From NCBI GenBank assembly GCA_963754655.1, contig CAVWGN010000001.1, positions 1,632,001 to 1,696,000 of the forward strand: DNA of 64,000 bases, read 5' to 3'. The notes under the pieces were generated by a model. It did not search any database. It saw only the letters and a list, made by a program, of their open reading frames with translations, and was not told the origin of the DNA. The DNA is from an uncultured Chlamydiae bacterium. GTDB taxonomy: Bacteria; Chlamydiota; Chlamydiia; Chlamydiales; Parachlamydiaceae. The position numbers and the translations under genes are program-made. Below, one piece after another: positions 29,897 to 40,230 of the stretch (positions are counted from its first letter, which is position 1; the number at the start of each line of letters is the position of its first letter).

Positions 29897-31819
29897 TTAA
29901 GTCGAAATCTCAATTTTTGAGTTTACGCCGGTATCGGTATAGGGCTTCTTTTCTTTAATGCTCTCACTTCTTTTAAGATCCCTTTCTGATAAATACGCCA
30001 TGATAGGGGCGCAGAAAAAGGAGAGAATTTGATTCAATATGCTCAGCCAAATTAGAAAAATGATATCAGGCTGTCGAAAACTCACAAAAGGGAATAAGGC
30101 AGCAGCAATCAAAAGATAGATCACCCCTCCGATTATTTCTTCTTTAGAAGAAGAAAAAGCTCTCCAAAAACTAGAGGTTATTTTAAATTTATCGGTTCGT
30201 TTCCAAGATAAATGTTTAGAGAGCCAAGCTTTGTAAAAAGCCGTATTTCTTGTGTAGACAAGAGATCTTGCTGCAAGCGAGGAGAGAACGCTATCTTGCC
30301 ACTTTCCTCCTAACAGACGAATATGAACCCAATTGTTAATTATATTGTGGATAATGGTAATGGGAATTAGCCATAAAGTGATAGGGGGAAGAATAAAGAA
30401 GTGCTGATATTGAATGCTAAACCACAAACATATAGATAAAATTGGGATATTAATTAAGAGATTGAGGGCTTCGCTAAAAAATGTGGACAAGCTATGAAAG
30501 ATTTCCCCAAATTTTTGTACTAAAGTAAGCCCTGAGTGATGCCAAGGTAAATAAAGGCGCCAATGCTTTTTGAATTGCTGGACGGGGCCCGCAGACCAAC
30601 GGAAGCGCTGTTGTTTATATGATTCAAAAATTTCAGGAATTAATCCATAACCAAAAGTGCTTCTCAAATATTGACCCGTATAGCCCAAGGCATGAATCCG
30701 AACCGCCACTTCTGAATCCTCCGTCAAACACCATTCAGCCCATCCGCCTGCTTCTTCTAATGCTTTGCGGCGAATTAAACACATTGTCCCAATCGTATAG
30801 TTGACATCCCATTCATTTTGGCCAGGTAGCTCCAATTTAAAATGTGTTTGGTATTCAAAATAGCAAGCAGATAAATAGCTGCTTGATCTCCATTTTCTGT
30901 AATCTTGGCATGATTGAACGAATCCCACTTTTGGGTCTGCTAAAAACTTGATAAGACGCTTTAAGAAATCAGGTTCTACAATATAATCTGCGTCGATGAC
31001 GCTAATGACCTCGGCTTGAGGTGCAGTAAGGCGAAGTGCAACATTCAATGCACCGGCTTTCGCTCCTTCTAAATGATCAAAATGATAAAAGCGAAATTGT
31101 TTGCCCAGTTTTAGGCAGTGCTCTTCTAATGGCTTCCAAAGTTTGGGATCTTTTGTATTATTATCAATAACCAAGACCTCGAAATGAGAATATTGCAAAC
31201 TTGCCAAAGCATTGAGTGTGTCAATGACAATTTCAGGCGGTTCTGCATAGCATGGAACATGAATCGATACCCAGGGATGAAAGAAAGAGGCATGATCCGC
31301 TTCTTTCCATGCTTGATGAAGTCGTGGGAAGCGATAGTAAAGCTTGGAATACCTGGCTAGGACAATCCAGCTCCACATGGCAGTATTAACAATCATGAGA
31401 ATCACAAAAGTGATTGCTCCAGACCATAAAAAAAACGATATGACTCCATGGGTGTTCAGCGAATGATCAGTTAAATTTATCAATCCTAAAAACCAAATGA
31501 TTCCATAAAAGGAAGGCATAATTAGGCTTATCAAAAAAAATAAGCCAAATAAAGAAATTGTAGAGATGAGGCGAAAGAGAAGAAAGAGCACAATAAAATT
31601 TAACCCTACCACGGGAACTAAGGCAATAAGATTTTCAGTTAAAAACCAGGTCAGGCTACCCGCCCCTGTGTAGGCCATTAACCAGATAAGCAAAGAAAGA
31701 CGATCTGAAGACCAGCGATAAAAATAAAAGATAAGCAATAAAAACGCAGATAATGCGAACATAAAAGAAGAGAAATAAAAACCAGCTGTTGTAAAATCAT
31801 TCATCGGAAGAGGAACCAT
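29897..31819 (-). CDS. Processive GT2 glycosyltransferase (NdvB/cellulose-synthase-like)
   Basis: KAGALN, DAD, TED, QRFRW motifs with flanking TM helices. Confidence 0.88.
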   Translation of the reverse strand: MVPLPMNDFTTAGFYFSSFMFALSAFLLLIFYFYRWSSDRLSLLIWLMAYTGAGSLTWFLTENLIALVPVVGLNFIVLFLLFRLISTISLFGLFFLISLIMPSFYGIIWFLGLINLTDHSLNTHGVISFFLWSGAITFVILMIVNTAMWSWIVLARYSKLYYRFPRLHQAWKEADHASFFHPWVSIHVPCYAEPPEIVIDTLNALASLQYSHFEVLVIDNNTKDPKLWKPLEEHCLKLGKQFRFYHFDHLEGAKAGALNVALRLTAPQAEVISVIDADYIVEPDFLKRLIKFLADPKVGFVQSCQDYRKWRSSSYLSACYFEYQTHFKLELPGQNEWDVNYTIGTMCLIRRKALEEAGGWAEWCLTEDSEVAVRIHALGYTGQYLRSTFGYGLIPEIFESYKQQRFRWSAGPVQQFKKHWRLYLPWHHSGLTLVQKFGEIFHSLSTFFSEALNLLINIPILSICLWFSIQYQHFFILPPITLWLIPITIIHNIINNWVHIRLLGGKWQDSVLSSLAARSLVYTRNTAFYKAWLSKHLSWKRTDKFKITSSFWRAFSSSKEEIIGGVIYLLIAAALFPFVSFRQPDIIFLIWLSILNQILSFFCAPIMAYLSERDLKRSESIKEKKPYTDTGVNSKIEIST

Positions 31820-31950
31820 TTTTCCAAACCTTTTAAGAGAATATGAAACCTTCTTATATATTAGGTGATATAAACATTACAATATTTCCTTTAAATTTAA
31901 TTGATTTTTATACAAGCCTCTATTAACCTGAGTTTTGAGTTTTTCTCCTA

Positions 31951-32790
31951 GGGAGCGTACCTAAAAGATTAACCATTGTATAATACAAGCGATCGTCAAC
32001 ATTCCTGCATAATTTTGAGCTTTCATTTCGTATCTTATTCCAATACGCCTAAATCGTTTTATAAACTGAAAAAAATTTTCTACCAAGCAACGCTCTCTGT
32101 AGATATGTTTATCATGTTCAATTAGTTCAGCTCTTGATACTTTGCTGGGTATGACTGCTTGACTTCCCATCTTTTCTATAAAATTTCTGATTTCATTTGA
32201 GTCGTAAGCTTTATCAGCTATAACATTTTTTGGATTTTTTCCACTGAGTAAAAGCTTCATTTGAGTGCTCTCGTGTACTTGACCTTCTGTCAAGATAAAA
32301 TCAATACAACGACCTAATCCATCTGTTACTGCATGAATTTTTGTGGTTGTTCCGGCCCTTGATTTTCCCATGGCTTCTTCGGCTTTTTTTTTATCCTACA
32401 AGCATCTTGATGCGCTTCAACAATTGAGCTGTCTACAGAGTAATTTTCTTCGTCAATTTCATCTTTTAAAGCTTGCCAAATCGTTTGCCAGATTCCAGCC
32501 TTTGTCCATCGATTAAAGCGATTATAACATGTGCTCCAAGGACCATACTTGGGTGGTAGATCCCTCCAAGCGGCTCCTGTTCTTAAAATCCAAATAATGC
32601 CTTCTAAAATCTTACGATGAGGCCGACTTGGTCTGCCCCAATATCCTCGTTCTTTTGGCAATAAAGGTTTTATTTTTATCCATCTTTCATTAGTTAATAC
32701 TATCCTACTCATTCAAATTTCCCCCTTGTTTTATCAGAGAAAATTATAAATCATAAGAGTTATTATTTTAAATCTTTTAGGTACGTTCCC
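31951..32790 (-). mobile_element. IS5-family element, complete
   Basis: 20-bp TIRs GGGAGCGTACCTAAAAGATT / AATCTTTTAGGTACGTTCCC flanked by TA on both sides. Confidence 0.92.
31961..32712 (-). CDS. IS5 transposase, two overlapping ORFs joined by a probable programmed frameshift
   Basis: ORF A (WRDLP.YGPW..Y.RF.RW, VDSS) and ORF B (GKSRAG.TTKIH, ADKAYD, R..VE) overlap at an A9 run near 32384-32392; stop codon lies within the TIR. Confidence 0.88.
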
Positions 32791-32791
32791 T

Positions 32792-33518
32792 AGTACTCAA
32801 CCACATTAGTTTTGTGTATTTAGACTGCTTCAAAGCCCCCGCGGTTGAATTGGCGTAAGTGGTTCAATATTAGTAATATGGACCCAGTTACGCCAATTCA
32901 ACCCGGGGCTAGGGTGTTCATTTTGTGCAAAAAATGAGCTTTATTTTTTACAATAATTGGCATAGTTAAATTGAAAGTCGTATGTTTATGCCGTCCTTTC
33001 AGGACTCGATGTCTTTTTGATAGAACCCAGGCCTCCGCTTCGCTGCGACCTGGGCTGTAACATGACGGCCCTTCAGGCCTTAACAAAAAGATGATTTAGG
33101 GACTATAGAAGAGGGACTTAAACATCTCTTGTTAAGCCTGAAGGGCCGGCCCTTTAAGCCTTAACAAAAGGACTATTTATGGACTATAGAAGAGGGACTT
33201 AAACATCTCTTGTTAAGCCTTAAAGGGCCGGCCCTTTAAGCCTTAACAAAAGGACTATTTATGGACTATAGAAGAGGGACTTAAATCTCTTTTGTTAAGG
33301 CCTGAAGGGCCGTCATGTTACAGCCCAGGTCGCAGCGAAGCGGAGGCCTGGGTTCTATCAAAAAGACATCGAGTCCTGAAAGGACGGCATAAACATGCGA
33401 CCTTCAATTTAATTATGCCAATTATTGTGAAAAATAAAGCTCATTTTTTGCACAAAATGAACACCCACCCCGGGGCTTTAAAGAGTCTAAATACACAAAA
33501 CTAATGTGGTTGAGTACT
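32792..33518. repeat. Large nested palindromic element B with three central ~82-bp tandem units
   Basis: Outer arms 32792-32840/33470-33518, inner arms ~32912-33089/33291-33466, extra hairpin 32843-32903, tandem units 33067-33147, 33148-33229, 33230-33311. Confidence 0.92.
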
Positions 33519-33744
33519 GTTCATCTAACTTTTGCTCCTGATCCAGCCACACATAGTCATTGCACTTTTGTATCGGCTCAAATAAGTTAATTCTGACTCT
33601 AAGGAAGTTAACTGTTAAACCTCTACACTTACTTTCTTAATAATGATGAAGCCGCTTATTTAAATCAGAGTCTATTTTTGAAGGCAAGAGTAGATAATAG
33701 TAAAAGAAAGCTAATCTGGATGAGGATAAGCAACCCCTAATGGA

Positions 33745-34281
33745 GTGACTATGAAAATCTTTTCTCTCATTGGAAGTTTGCTTGATCGGCTTTGTGTAGT
33801 GGCGGGTGCATTTATTGGCAGTCAAATTCCACAATTTATGCAACAATATACACAGCGCTTAGCAGGTCATGTGGAGGCCCTTCAAAAATTGATCAATCAA
33901 TTGAGAGAAATCGCTACTCTTTCCCATAAAACTTTAGAGCAATATATTCAGAAATTTAAAGATAGCAGCGATCAAGACTTTATTCATCAAGCAGATTTTA
34001 TGCAGGGAATTCTTACGCGCTGGCAAGATCTTCACCAAGCACTCGATCATCTCACACAAAGCTCTATGTGGTTGCGGCCTTATTACTTTTTAAAGGACCT
34101 TCAACCTGAAATTGCTCATTCAACCTTTGCTTCTTTTCAAGCTGGTTTCAATTTAACCTTTGAAGGGTTATGTTATGCGGGAGTTGGAATGGTGGTGGGC
34201 TGGGCCTTCTATCAATTAATATCAAAATTTATTGCTTTTGGTTATACTCGTGCGTTGGCCATTTTTAAACAGAGCATTTAG
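33745..34281 (+). CDS. DUF2937-like membrane protein
   Basis: QIPQFMQQYTQRLAGH motif, terminal TM segments. Confidence 0.7.
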   Translation: MTMKIFSLIGSLLDRLCVVAGAFIGSQIPQFMQQYTQRLAGHVEALQKLINQLREIATLSHKTLEQYIQKFKDSSDQDFIHQADFMQGILTRWQDLHQALDHLTQSSMWLRPYYFLKDLQPEIAHSTFASFQAGFNLTFEGLCYAGVGMVVGWAFYQLISKFIAFGYTRALAIFKQSI

Positions 34282-34792
34282 CACCATTATTTTTTATGTA
34301 GGCTGGATCCTTTGCTTGCAAGAAGCTTCTGTTGATCATTCTTATTATGGAGCTTTGCTAGTTGTAAGTTTTATCGCATATTACTTGTATCATTCTTCTT
34401 GTCGAAAAGCTGATTATCTTTTACTGAGCTTGGTCTTGTTGATTGGACCTCTTTCAGATATGCTGTATGCACAATTAGGATTGCTACATTATCATCGTGT
34501 CCATCCTTCATCCACTTGGCTTCCCCCTGTATGGGTCTTTATTTTATGGGGATTATTTGGAGCAAATATTCAACTGTTTTCTTGGCTAAGAAGGCGTTGG
34601 TGGCTTGCAATACTATTGGGGGCCCTTGGAGGCCCCGCAAGCTATCTTTCCGTTGTGCGACTAGGTGGGGCAAGTCTACTTAAGCCATTACCTTTAGCTT
34701 TTATCACCATTGGTGGGACATGGGCCATTTTTCTCCCTGTTTTTATTTGGTTAAATGATTATTTAAAAAAAAAGTTTAAGCACAATCCTTAA
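34232..34792 (+). CDS. DUF2878-like membrane protein
   Basis: PPVW...LW.LF, LGALGGPASY. Confidence 0.7.
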   Translation: MLLVILVRWPFLNRAFSTIIFYVGWILCLQEASVDHSYYGALLVVSFIAYYLYHSSCRKADYLLLSLVLLIGPLSDMLYAQLGLLHYHRVHPSSTWLPPVWVFILWGLFGANIQLFSWLRRRWWLAILLGALGGPASYLSVVRLGGASLLKPLPLAFITIGGTWAIFLPVFIWLNDYLKKKFKHNP

Positions 34793-34829
34793 ACTTTTTT
34801 AATAATTAATTCTTGTTTTCGCTTTTGCC

Positions 34830-36593
34830 TCAAATTTCTTTGTGATCTTCTTTAGTCTCTTTTTTTTCAAATTTTTCATCAGTTTTTTCATCAGAAGCAG
34901 TGGCTTGCGCGCTTTCTTGCTGGCCTTCGGTTTTCTTTTCTGAACCTTTCTCTATGTTAGCAGTACTTGGAAACCAGCTACTAATATTGAAAAAACCCAT
35001 TGTTGTCTGAGATGTTGAAAGTGCTTCAGTTTTAGCAGTCACTCGCCACTTAGCTCTTTGTTGTGCATCCTGTCCTAATAGTTTAAAATGATTGTCAATA
35101 GCTTTCGTACTCTCTTGAATATTTGAAATATAGGTTTTATAAGTTGCAATAGCAGCGTCTATTATTTTCAAACGATTTGGGAGTACGTTAGATTCAAATA
35201 TTTTCTTTTCATTTTCCAAATCTTTTATTTGAGTAGCTATGTGGAAATAGGTCATACGCCTCTTATCTAGGGGATCAATATTCTCCCACTGATTACTTAA
35301 TACAATATCTTCTTTTAAAGTCGTGATGCTTTGAATAAGTTTTAAGGCCTGCTGATAATCAGTACTTAAATCTGTTAATTGAATAGGCTCTTTTGGATCT
35401 AAATTTTTTTCTTCTAATCCAAATATTTTTTTTCTATGAGCAAGGAAATCATCAATTTCATTTTGTCTAAGTTTTATCATGTCTAAACGTTTAGTGATTT
35501 CTAGATGTTCTTGTTTCCAAGCAATGGATTTAGGAGAATCTGGTGTGCTGGCCTCAAGCATAATATTTTTATCTAATAGTTCAATCTGATTTGGAAACTC
35601 TTCTTTAACTTCCTCGATAGTTTGCTTTAATGCATCCAGGCGTTGTTTGTGGTAAATATAATATTTTCTAGGCAAATCGCTGCTTACTGCTATCTCGTAT
35701 ATGTCTTTTCTAAGTGCCTCATTGCATATTGTCACTTCTTCTTTTAAGGCCACAAGATCATGCGATAGCCTGACAATTTTTAAGTAGAATTCTGAGGATT
35801 TGCTACTGCCAATCATAGAGGACTCAAGAGGAGCTTTTTCTCCATTTTTAAGATTAGAGGTTTCTTCTTCTTTAATGCCCACTGCTATTTTTCTTGTTTT
35901 TAAAGCTTCGAGCGCTTCCCATAAACGAAACTGTAGGCCATATAAATAACCAATTTCCATATTAAATAATGAAAAGCTCTTGCTGTAACTATCATTTCCT
36001 ATGATGGATTCTTTTAGAAGAGCAGATTCAAGTGAATGGTTTGCTATAGCCTGTTGTAAAGCTGTTATGCGATCTTCAAAAATTTTTTTGAATGTATTCT
36101 CATATGACAGACAAATTGTCTTGTGTTGAGTCTTTTCCTCTTCTCTTATTTTCCAAAATTTTTCACGAACATCTGCATTATTCATTTGGTCTTTTGCAGA
36201 GAGATATTTGCTATTGTTGCTGGCAAATAAGCTTTGAAATCCAGCGATGAATGACTGCTTATTTCTTAAAGTGATTTCATATTGGTTCTGAGCGTCAGGA
36301 GATAAATCATTCAATAGGTTTAAGAGTTTTTGTACCTCGTCACTAACCAATGTTGTAATATTTGAAGTTTGCTCAATTTTCATTGAAGTTGGTTGATGTT
36401 TAGCATCTAAAGAATGACTGAGTTTTGCTTGCGCTGTATTGTCCGTTTTATTTTGCAGGTCTTCGTCAGTTCTTTGTTTTTTATCTTTTACTTGTTTTAC
36501 CTTTAGCTCCTTGTGATCCTTTGTTAATCCTACCGCTTGTTGTAAAGTTGGAAAAGTTGCCTGATCTGCAGAAATCTTAACAGCATTATTCAT
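34830..36593 (-). CDS. Hypothetical coiled-coil protein, possible secreted effector
   Basis: 587-aa ORF, helical and charged, low-complexity termini. Confidence 0.65.
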   Translation of the reverse strand: MNNAVKISADQATFPTLQQAVGLTKDHKELKVKQVKDKKQRTDEDLQNKTDNTAQAKLSHSLDAKHQPTSMKIEQTSNITTLVSDEVQKLLNLLNDLSPDAQNQYEITLRNKQSFIAGFQSLFASNNSKYLSAKDQMNNADVREKFWKIREEEKTQHKTICLSYENTFKKIFEDRITALQQAIANHSLESALLKESIIGNDSYSKSFSLFNMEIGYLYGLQFRLWEALEALKTRKIAVGIKEEETSNLKNGEKAPLESSMIGSSKSSEFYLKIVRLSHDLVALKEEVTICNEALRKDIYEIAVSSDLPRKYYIYHKQRLDALKQTIEEVKEEFPNQIELLDKNIMLEASTPDSPKSIAWKQEHLEITKRLDMIKLRQNEIDDFLAHRKKIFGLEEKNLDPKEPIQLTDLSTDYQQALKLIQSITTLKEDIVLSNQWENIDPLDKRRMTYFHIATQIKDLENEKKIFESNVLPNRLKIIDAAIATYKTYISNIQESTKAIDNHFKLLGQDAQQRAKWRVTAKTEALSTSQTTMGFFNISSWFPSTANIEKGSEKKTEGQQESAQATASDEKTDEKFEKKETKEDHKEI

Positions 36594-36789
36594 AATGACC
36601 CCTTTATTTTGAATGAAGGAAAGGTTTTCCTCTCATTATCTAAACTCTGCCTTCTTAATTACATTAAAGATTGTTTTTTATTAAGAAAATTCCGCCTGAG
36701 GGGTGAAAATATTTTTAGAATCCTTAGGATGAGTTGTTTCATTCCTAAGCGACTGCCAATAGTGTTGCATGTCTTGTGATAGGAAAGGG
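36537..36789 (+). repeat. ~255-bp direct repeat, left copy
   Basis: Imperfect match to 39095-39352. Confidence 0.88.
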
Positions 36790-36997
36790 ACCTATAGAAA
36801 TGCATCCAGCTATTTTGATAATGAAAATTTAAATCAAATTCTCTATTTGTTTTTATCCATTTAGACGATCCTTTCTTAATCTCTTCGGCAAGCTTGCTCT
36901 TAATAAAATCGACATCTTATATTTGTAGAATTATAAACTTAAATATTGTAAAATTGTCTATAAAATAAATACTATAAAAGTTAGTTAAAGGATAGTT

Positions 36998-38977
36998 ATG
37001 CAATTTATACTCGTTAATTCACAAGTAATGCAAAACACTTCAAATGAGGTTTTTTTAAATAACATCTTTCCTGACGAAATTTTAGAAATTTTTTTTGATC
37101 AGGTGGTCAATCAAAAAAGGCCACTTTTAGGTGATATTTCTTCTATTTTACTCACTTGTAAGAGATGGAAAGAAGTTTTTGAGAAGAATCCTTGCATTTC
37201 ATTAGTGCAAACCCTTTTTCAACTTACAAAGAGTCCTCAGTCGTTTACTCATTCTTTCCGAGAATGTATCGCAATTGAACAAAAGAAGTCTTTTACCTCT
37301 CAGGAACTTAAATTGATCGATCGAGTCCGACAAGACTGTGTAGGAAGTTTTAGAAAGTTATTAATGGTTAAATCAGATTTGTTTTGCGCTAATAGTTTAT
37401 TTCGTTCTCTTTTAAATCACTGTTTATGGGATCCTCAATTTTGCAAAAACAGCGCCAATCAAAACATCCGACAAGTGGCTGAAGGACAATTGTCTATTTT
37501 AAACTCTCTTGCATGGGGCACTGAGGATCAAAGATTAATGGTGATCGAAAATGATTTTATCGCAAAACTTTACCTGGGGGGTCGAGATCAAGTTTGGCAG
37601 CGGGCAAAAGAATCGGTCATTTCCACACTTAAAAAATTTCCCTGTTTTAACGATAAAAAAAGAATGATGCAAGTTGCTCGCTGTTTTGGACAATCTGTTT
37701 TTGATATAGATGCAAGCCTTAAAAAAGATCGAGAAATTGTCTTGGCTGCCGTTCAGCAAAATGGCTACGCTCTTCAATATGTAGATGATAGTCTTAAAAA
37801 AGATCGAGAAATTGTCTTGTTTGCTGTTCAGCAAAATGGCGAGGCTCTTCGATATGCAGATGAAAGCCTTAAAAAAGATCGAGAAATTGTCTTGGCTGCT
37901 GTTCAGCAAAATGGCTATAGTCTTCTATATGCAGATGAAAGCTTTAAAAAAGATCGAGAAATTGTCTTGGCGGCCATTCAAAAAAATGGCGGAGTTTTTC
38001 AATTTGCAGACGAAAGCTTTAAAAAAGATGGAGAGATTATCTTGGCGGCCATTCAGAAAGATAGCTTAGTTCTTCAATATGCAGATGAAAACTTTAAAAA
38101 AAATCGAGAAATTGTCTTGATTGCTGTTAAGCAAAATGGCGGGGCTCTTCAATATGCAGATGAAAGTCTTAAAAAAGATCAAGAGATTGTCTTAGCGGCC
38201 GTTAAAGAAAATGGCTTAGCTCTTCAAGATGCAGATGATAGCCTTAAAAAAGATCGAGAAATTGTCTTGGCTGCTGTTCAGCAAAATGGCGGGGCTCTTC
38301 AATATGCAGATGAAAGTCTTAAAAAAGATCGAGAGATTGTCTTAGCTGCTGTTAATGAAAATGGCCGGGCTCTTCAATATGCAGATGAAAGCCTTAAGAA
38401 AGATCGGGACATTTTCTTGGCTGCCATTCAGCAAGATGGCTGGGTTCTTCAATATGCAGATGAAAACTTTAAAAAAGATCGAGAGATTGTCTTGATTTCC
38501 ATTCAGCAAGATGCCAACACTCTTGCAATAGCAGACACAAGCCTTAAACAAGATCGAGAGATTGTCTTGGCTGCTGTTCAACAAGATGGTCGGGCTCTTC
38601 AATATGCAGATGAAAGCTTTAAAAAAGATCGAGAGATTGTCTTGGCTGCTATTCAGCAAGATGGCGGAGCTCTTCAATATGCAGATGAAGACTTTAAAAA
38701 AGATCAAAAAGTTGTCTTGGCTGCTATTCAGCAAGATGGCTGCGCTCTTGAATATGCAGATGAAGGCTTTAAAAAAGATCGAGAAATCGTCTTGGCTGCT
38801 GTTCAGCAAAATGGCTGGGCTCTTGAATATGCAGATGAAAGCTTTAAAAAAGATCGAGAGATTGTCTTGGCTGCCGTTAGTCAAGAGGGCCAGGCTCTTT
38901 GCTTTGCAGATGAAAGCCTTAAAAAAGATCGAGAGATTGTCTGGGCTGCTGTTTTCAGCAAAATGGCTGGGCTCTAG
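36998..38977 (+). CDS. F-box-like protein with 16+ 25-aa DUF4116-type repeats
   Basis: N-terminal FPDEILEIF...ILLTCKRWKEV; 75-bp repeats SLKKDREIVLAAVQQNGxALQYADE from 37715. Confidence 0.85.
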   Translation: MQFILVNSQVMQNTSNEVFLNNIFPDEILEIFFDQVVNQKRPLLGDISSILLTCKRWKEVFEKNPCISLVQTLFQLTKSPQSFTHSFRECIAIEQKKSFTSQELKLIDRVRQDCVGSFRKLLMVKSDLFCANSLFRSLLNHCLWDPQFCKNSANQNIRQVAEGQLSILNSLAWGTEDQRLMVIENDFIAKLYLGGRDQVWQRAKESVISTLKKFPCFNDKKRMMQVARCFGQSVFDIDASLKKDREIVLAAVQQNGYALQYVDDSLKKDREIVLFAVQQNGEALRYADESLKKDREIVLAAVQQNGYSLLYADESFKKDREIVLAAIQKNGGVFQFADESFKKDGEIILAAIQKDSLVLQYADENFKKNREIVLIAVKQNGGALQYADESLKKDQEIVLAAVKENGLALQDADDSLKKDREIVLAAVQQNGGALQYADESLKKDREIVLAAVNENGRALQYADESLKKDRDIFLAAIQQDGWVLQYADENFKKDREIVLISIQQDANTLAIADTSLKQDREIVLAAVQQDGRALQYADESFKKDREIVLAAIQQDGGALQYADEDFKKDQKVVLAAIQQDGCALEYADEGFKKDREIVLAAVQQNGWALEYADESFKKDREIVLAAVSQEGQALCFADESLKKDREIVWAAVFSKMAGL

Positions 38978-39094
38978 AATAGAAAGAGCTAGATTTCAAA
39001 TCAAATGAGTACCCCCTCACCTTACACCAATGATTCAAAAAATTGAGCCTTTGATCAAAAACATTCCATGATTGAACTCAGGCATGTGCATAAA

Positions 39095-39352
39095 TTGTTG
39101 CAAAGTTGGAAAAGTTGCGTGATCTGCGAAAATTTTAACAGCATTATTCATAATGACCCCTTTATTTTGAATGAAGGAAAGGGGTTTTCCCTCTCATTAT
39201 CTAAACTCCGCCTTCTTAATTACATTAAAGAGTGTTTTTTATTAAGAAAATTTCCGTCTGCGAGGTGAAAATATTTTTAGCATGCTTAGGATGAGTTCTT
39301 TCATTCTATAAGCGACTGCCAATAGTGTTGCATGTCTTGTGATAGGAAAGGG
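39095..39352 (+). repeat. ~255-bp direct repeat, right copy
   Basis: Imperfect match to 36537-36789. Confidence 0.88.
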
Positions 39353-40230
39353 GTTAATTGATGATAAGGAATAGAAGCTCCAGGATAATGATGTTCTGTA
39401 TCAATGAAGGCTATTTTGCCACTCTTCGTAAATGGAATATTATCGGGGTACACCGAGTCAATTAATCCTTCTTCTCGAATCAAAGTATAAAGCTGTTCTA
39501 AAATTTGAGGGGATATTCTTTTTTTAAAAGCTTTTAAATTAGATTTTGTATTTAAAATATGCATATTTTCAACAATAAGAATAAAGTTTTTGCGTTTAAA
39601 GCCAGCATGATCAGGAGGCGATGGCTCTAAGGGTAAAGGGTAAATCCATTTCTGGGGGACGGCAAAATGGCAAAATGGATGCCGAGCTAAATAAGCTTGT
39701 ATGGCGCGCGCACCCTTAATTCTTTGAATCCAATTTCCCCATTCACAGACAGCTGGTTGAGTATCTAAATAAACTTTGAAGATGTATTCTTTGAAGCGTG
39801 GATGCCTGCCAATCACAAGATTTGTTGGTTTTCTCATCTTTGGTTTACTAAAGCCTGCTTTTTCGAAGCTTTCTTCCGATTGTGTAACGCGCATCTGTTG
39901 AAAGAGGTGATCAAGTTGGGATTTGATAGGATGATGGTCCGGTAAGAAATAAGGCGTGAGTTCTTCCCATAATGATAGAGGAACTAAGGGATTGTAAGGA
40001 TAGGCCTGAGCAAACTCTTTATTATCAATGGCTGATAGAGGAGCTTCTAATACCTTTTCAGAAAAAGAATTAGCAGAAAGATTGGCAATACAGCAAACTA
40101 GAAAAAAAAGACGGCTCAAAGAAAGCCGTCTGATTAAATATCCTTTTAAATGACTGGAAATGCCACTTAACAACTTAGGGTTTGACATCTCTTCGATCCA
40201 TCCTAGGTGGATTAGGCTGATTGTCGCCAT
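39301..40230 (-). CDS. Hypothetical protein with kinase-like domain, paralogous to the C-terminus of the upstream ORF
   Basis: YIFKVY, VPQKWIYPLP, DSVYPDNI, IAFIDTE; start codon uncertain. Confidence 0.65.
   Translation of the reverse strand: MATISLIHLGWIEEMSNPKLLSGISSHLKGYLIRRLSLSRLFFLVCCIANLSANSFSEKVLEAPLSAIDNKEFAQAYPYNPLVPLSLWEELTPYFLPDHHPIKSQLDHLFQQMRVTQSEESFEKAGFSKPKMRKPTNLVIGRHPRFKEYIFKVYLDTQPAVCEWGNWIQRIKGARAIQAYLARHPFCHFAVPQKWIYPLPLEPSPPDHAGFKRKNFILIVENMHILNTKSNLKAFKKRISPQILEQLYTLIREEGLIDSVYPDNIPFTKSGKIAFIDTEHHYPGASIPYHQLTPFLSQDMQHYWQSLIE

Noticed and set aside
33067..33311. Possible CRISPR array
   Set aside because: The three units are near-identical throughout, with no unique spacers; embedded in a palindrome; no cas genes in window
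32898..33504. Two near-identical small ORFs (62 aa and 70 aa) on opposite strands
   Set aside because: Artefacts of the palindrome arms
37535..39008. Alternative-frame and antisense repeat ORFs in the DUF4116 gene
   Set aside because: Shadow frames of the 75-bp repeat
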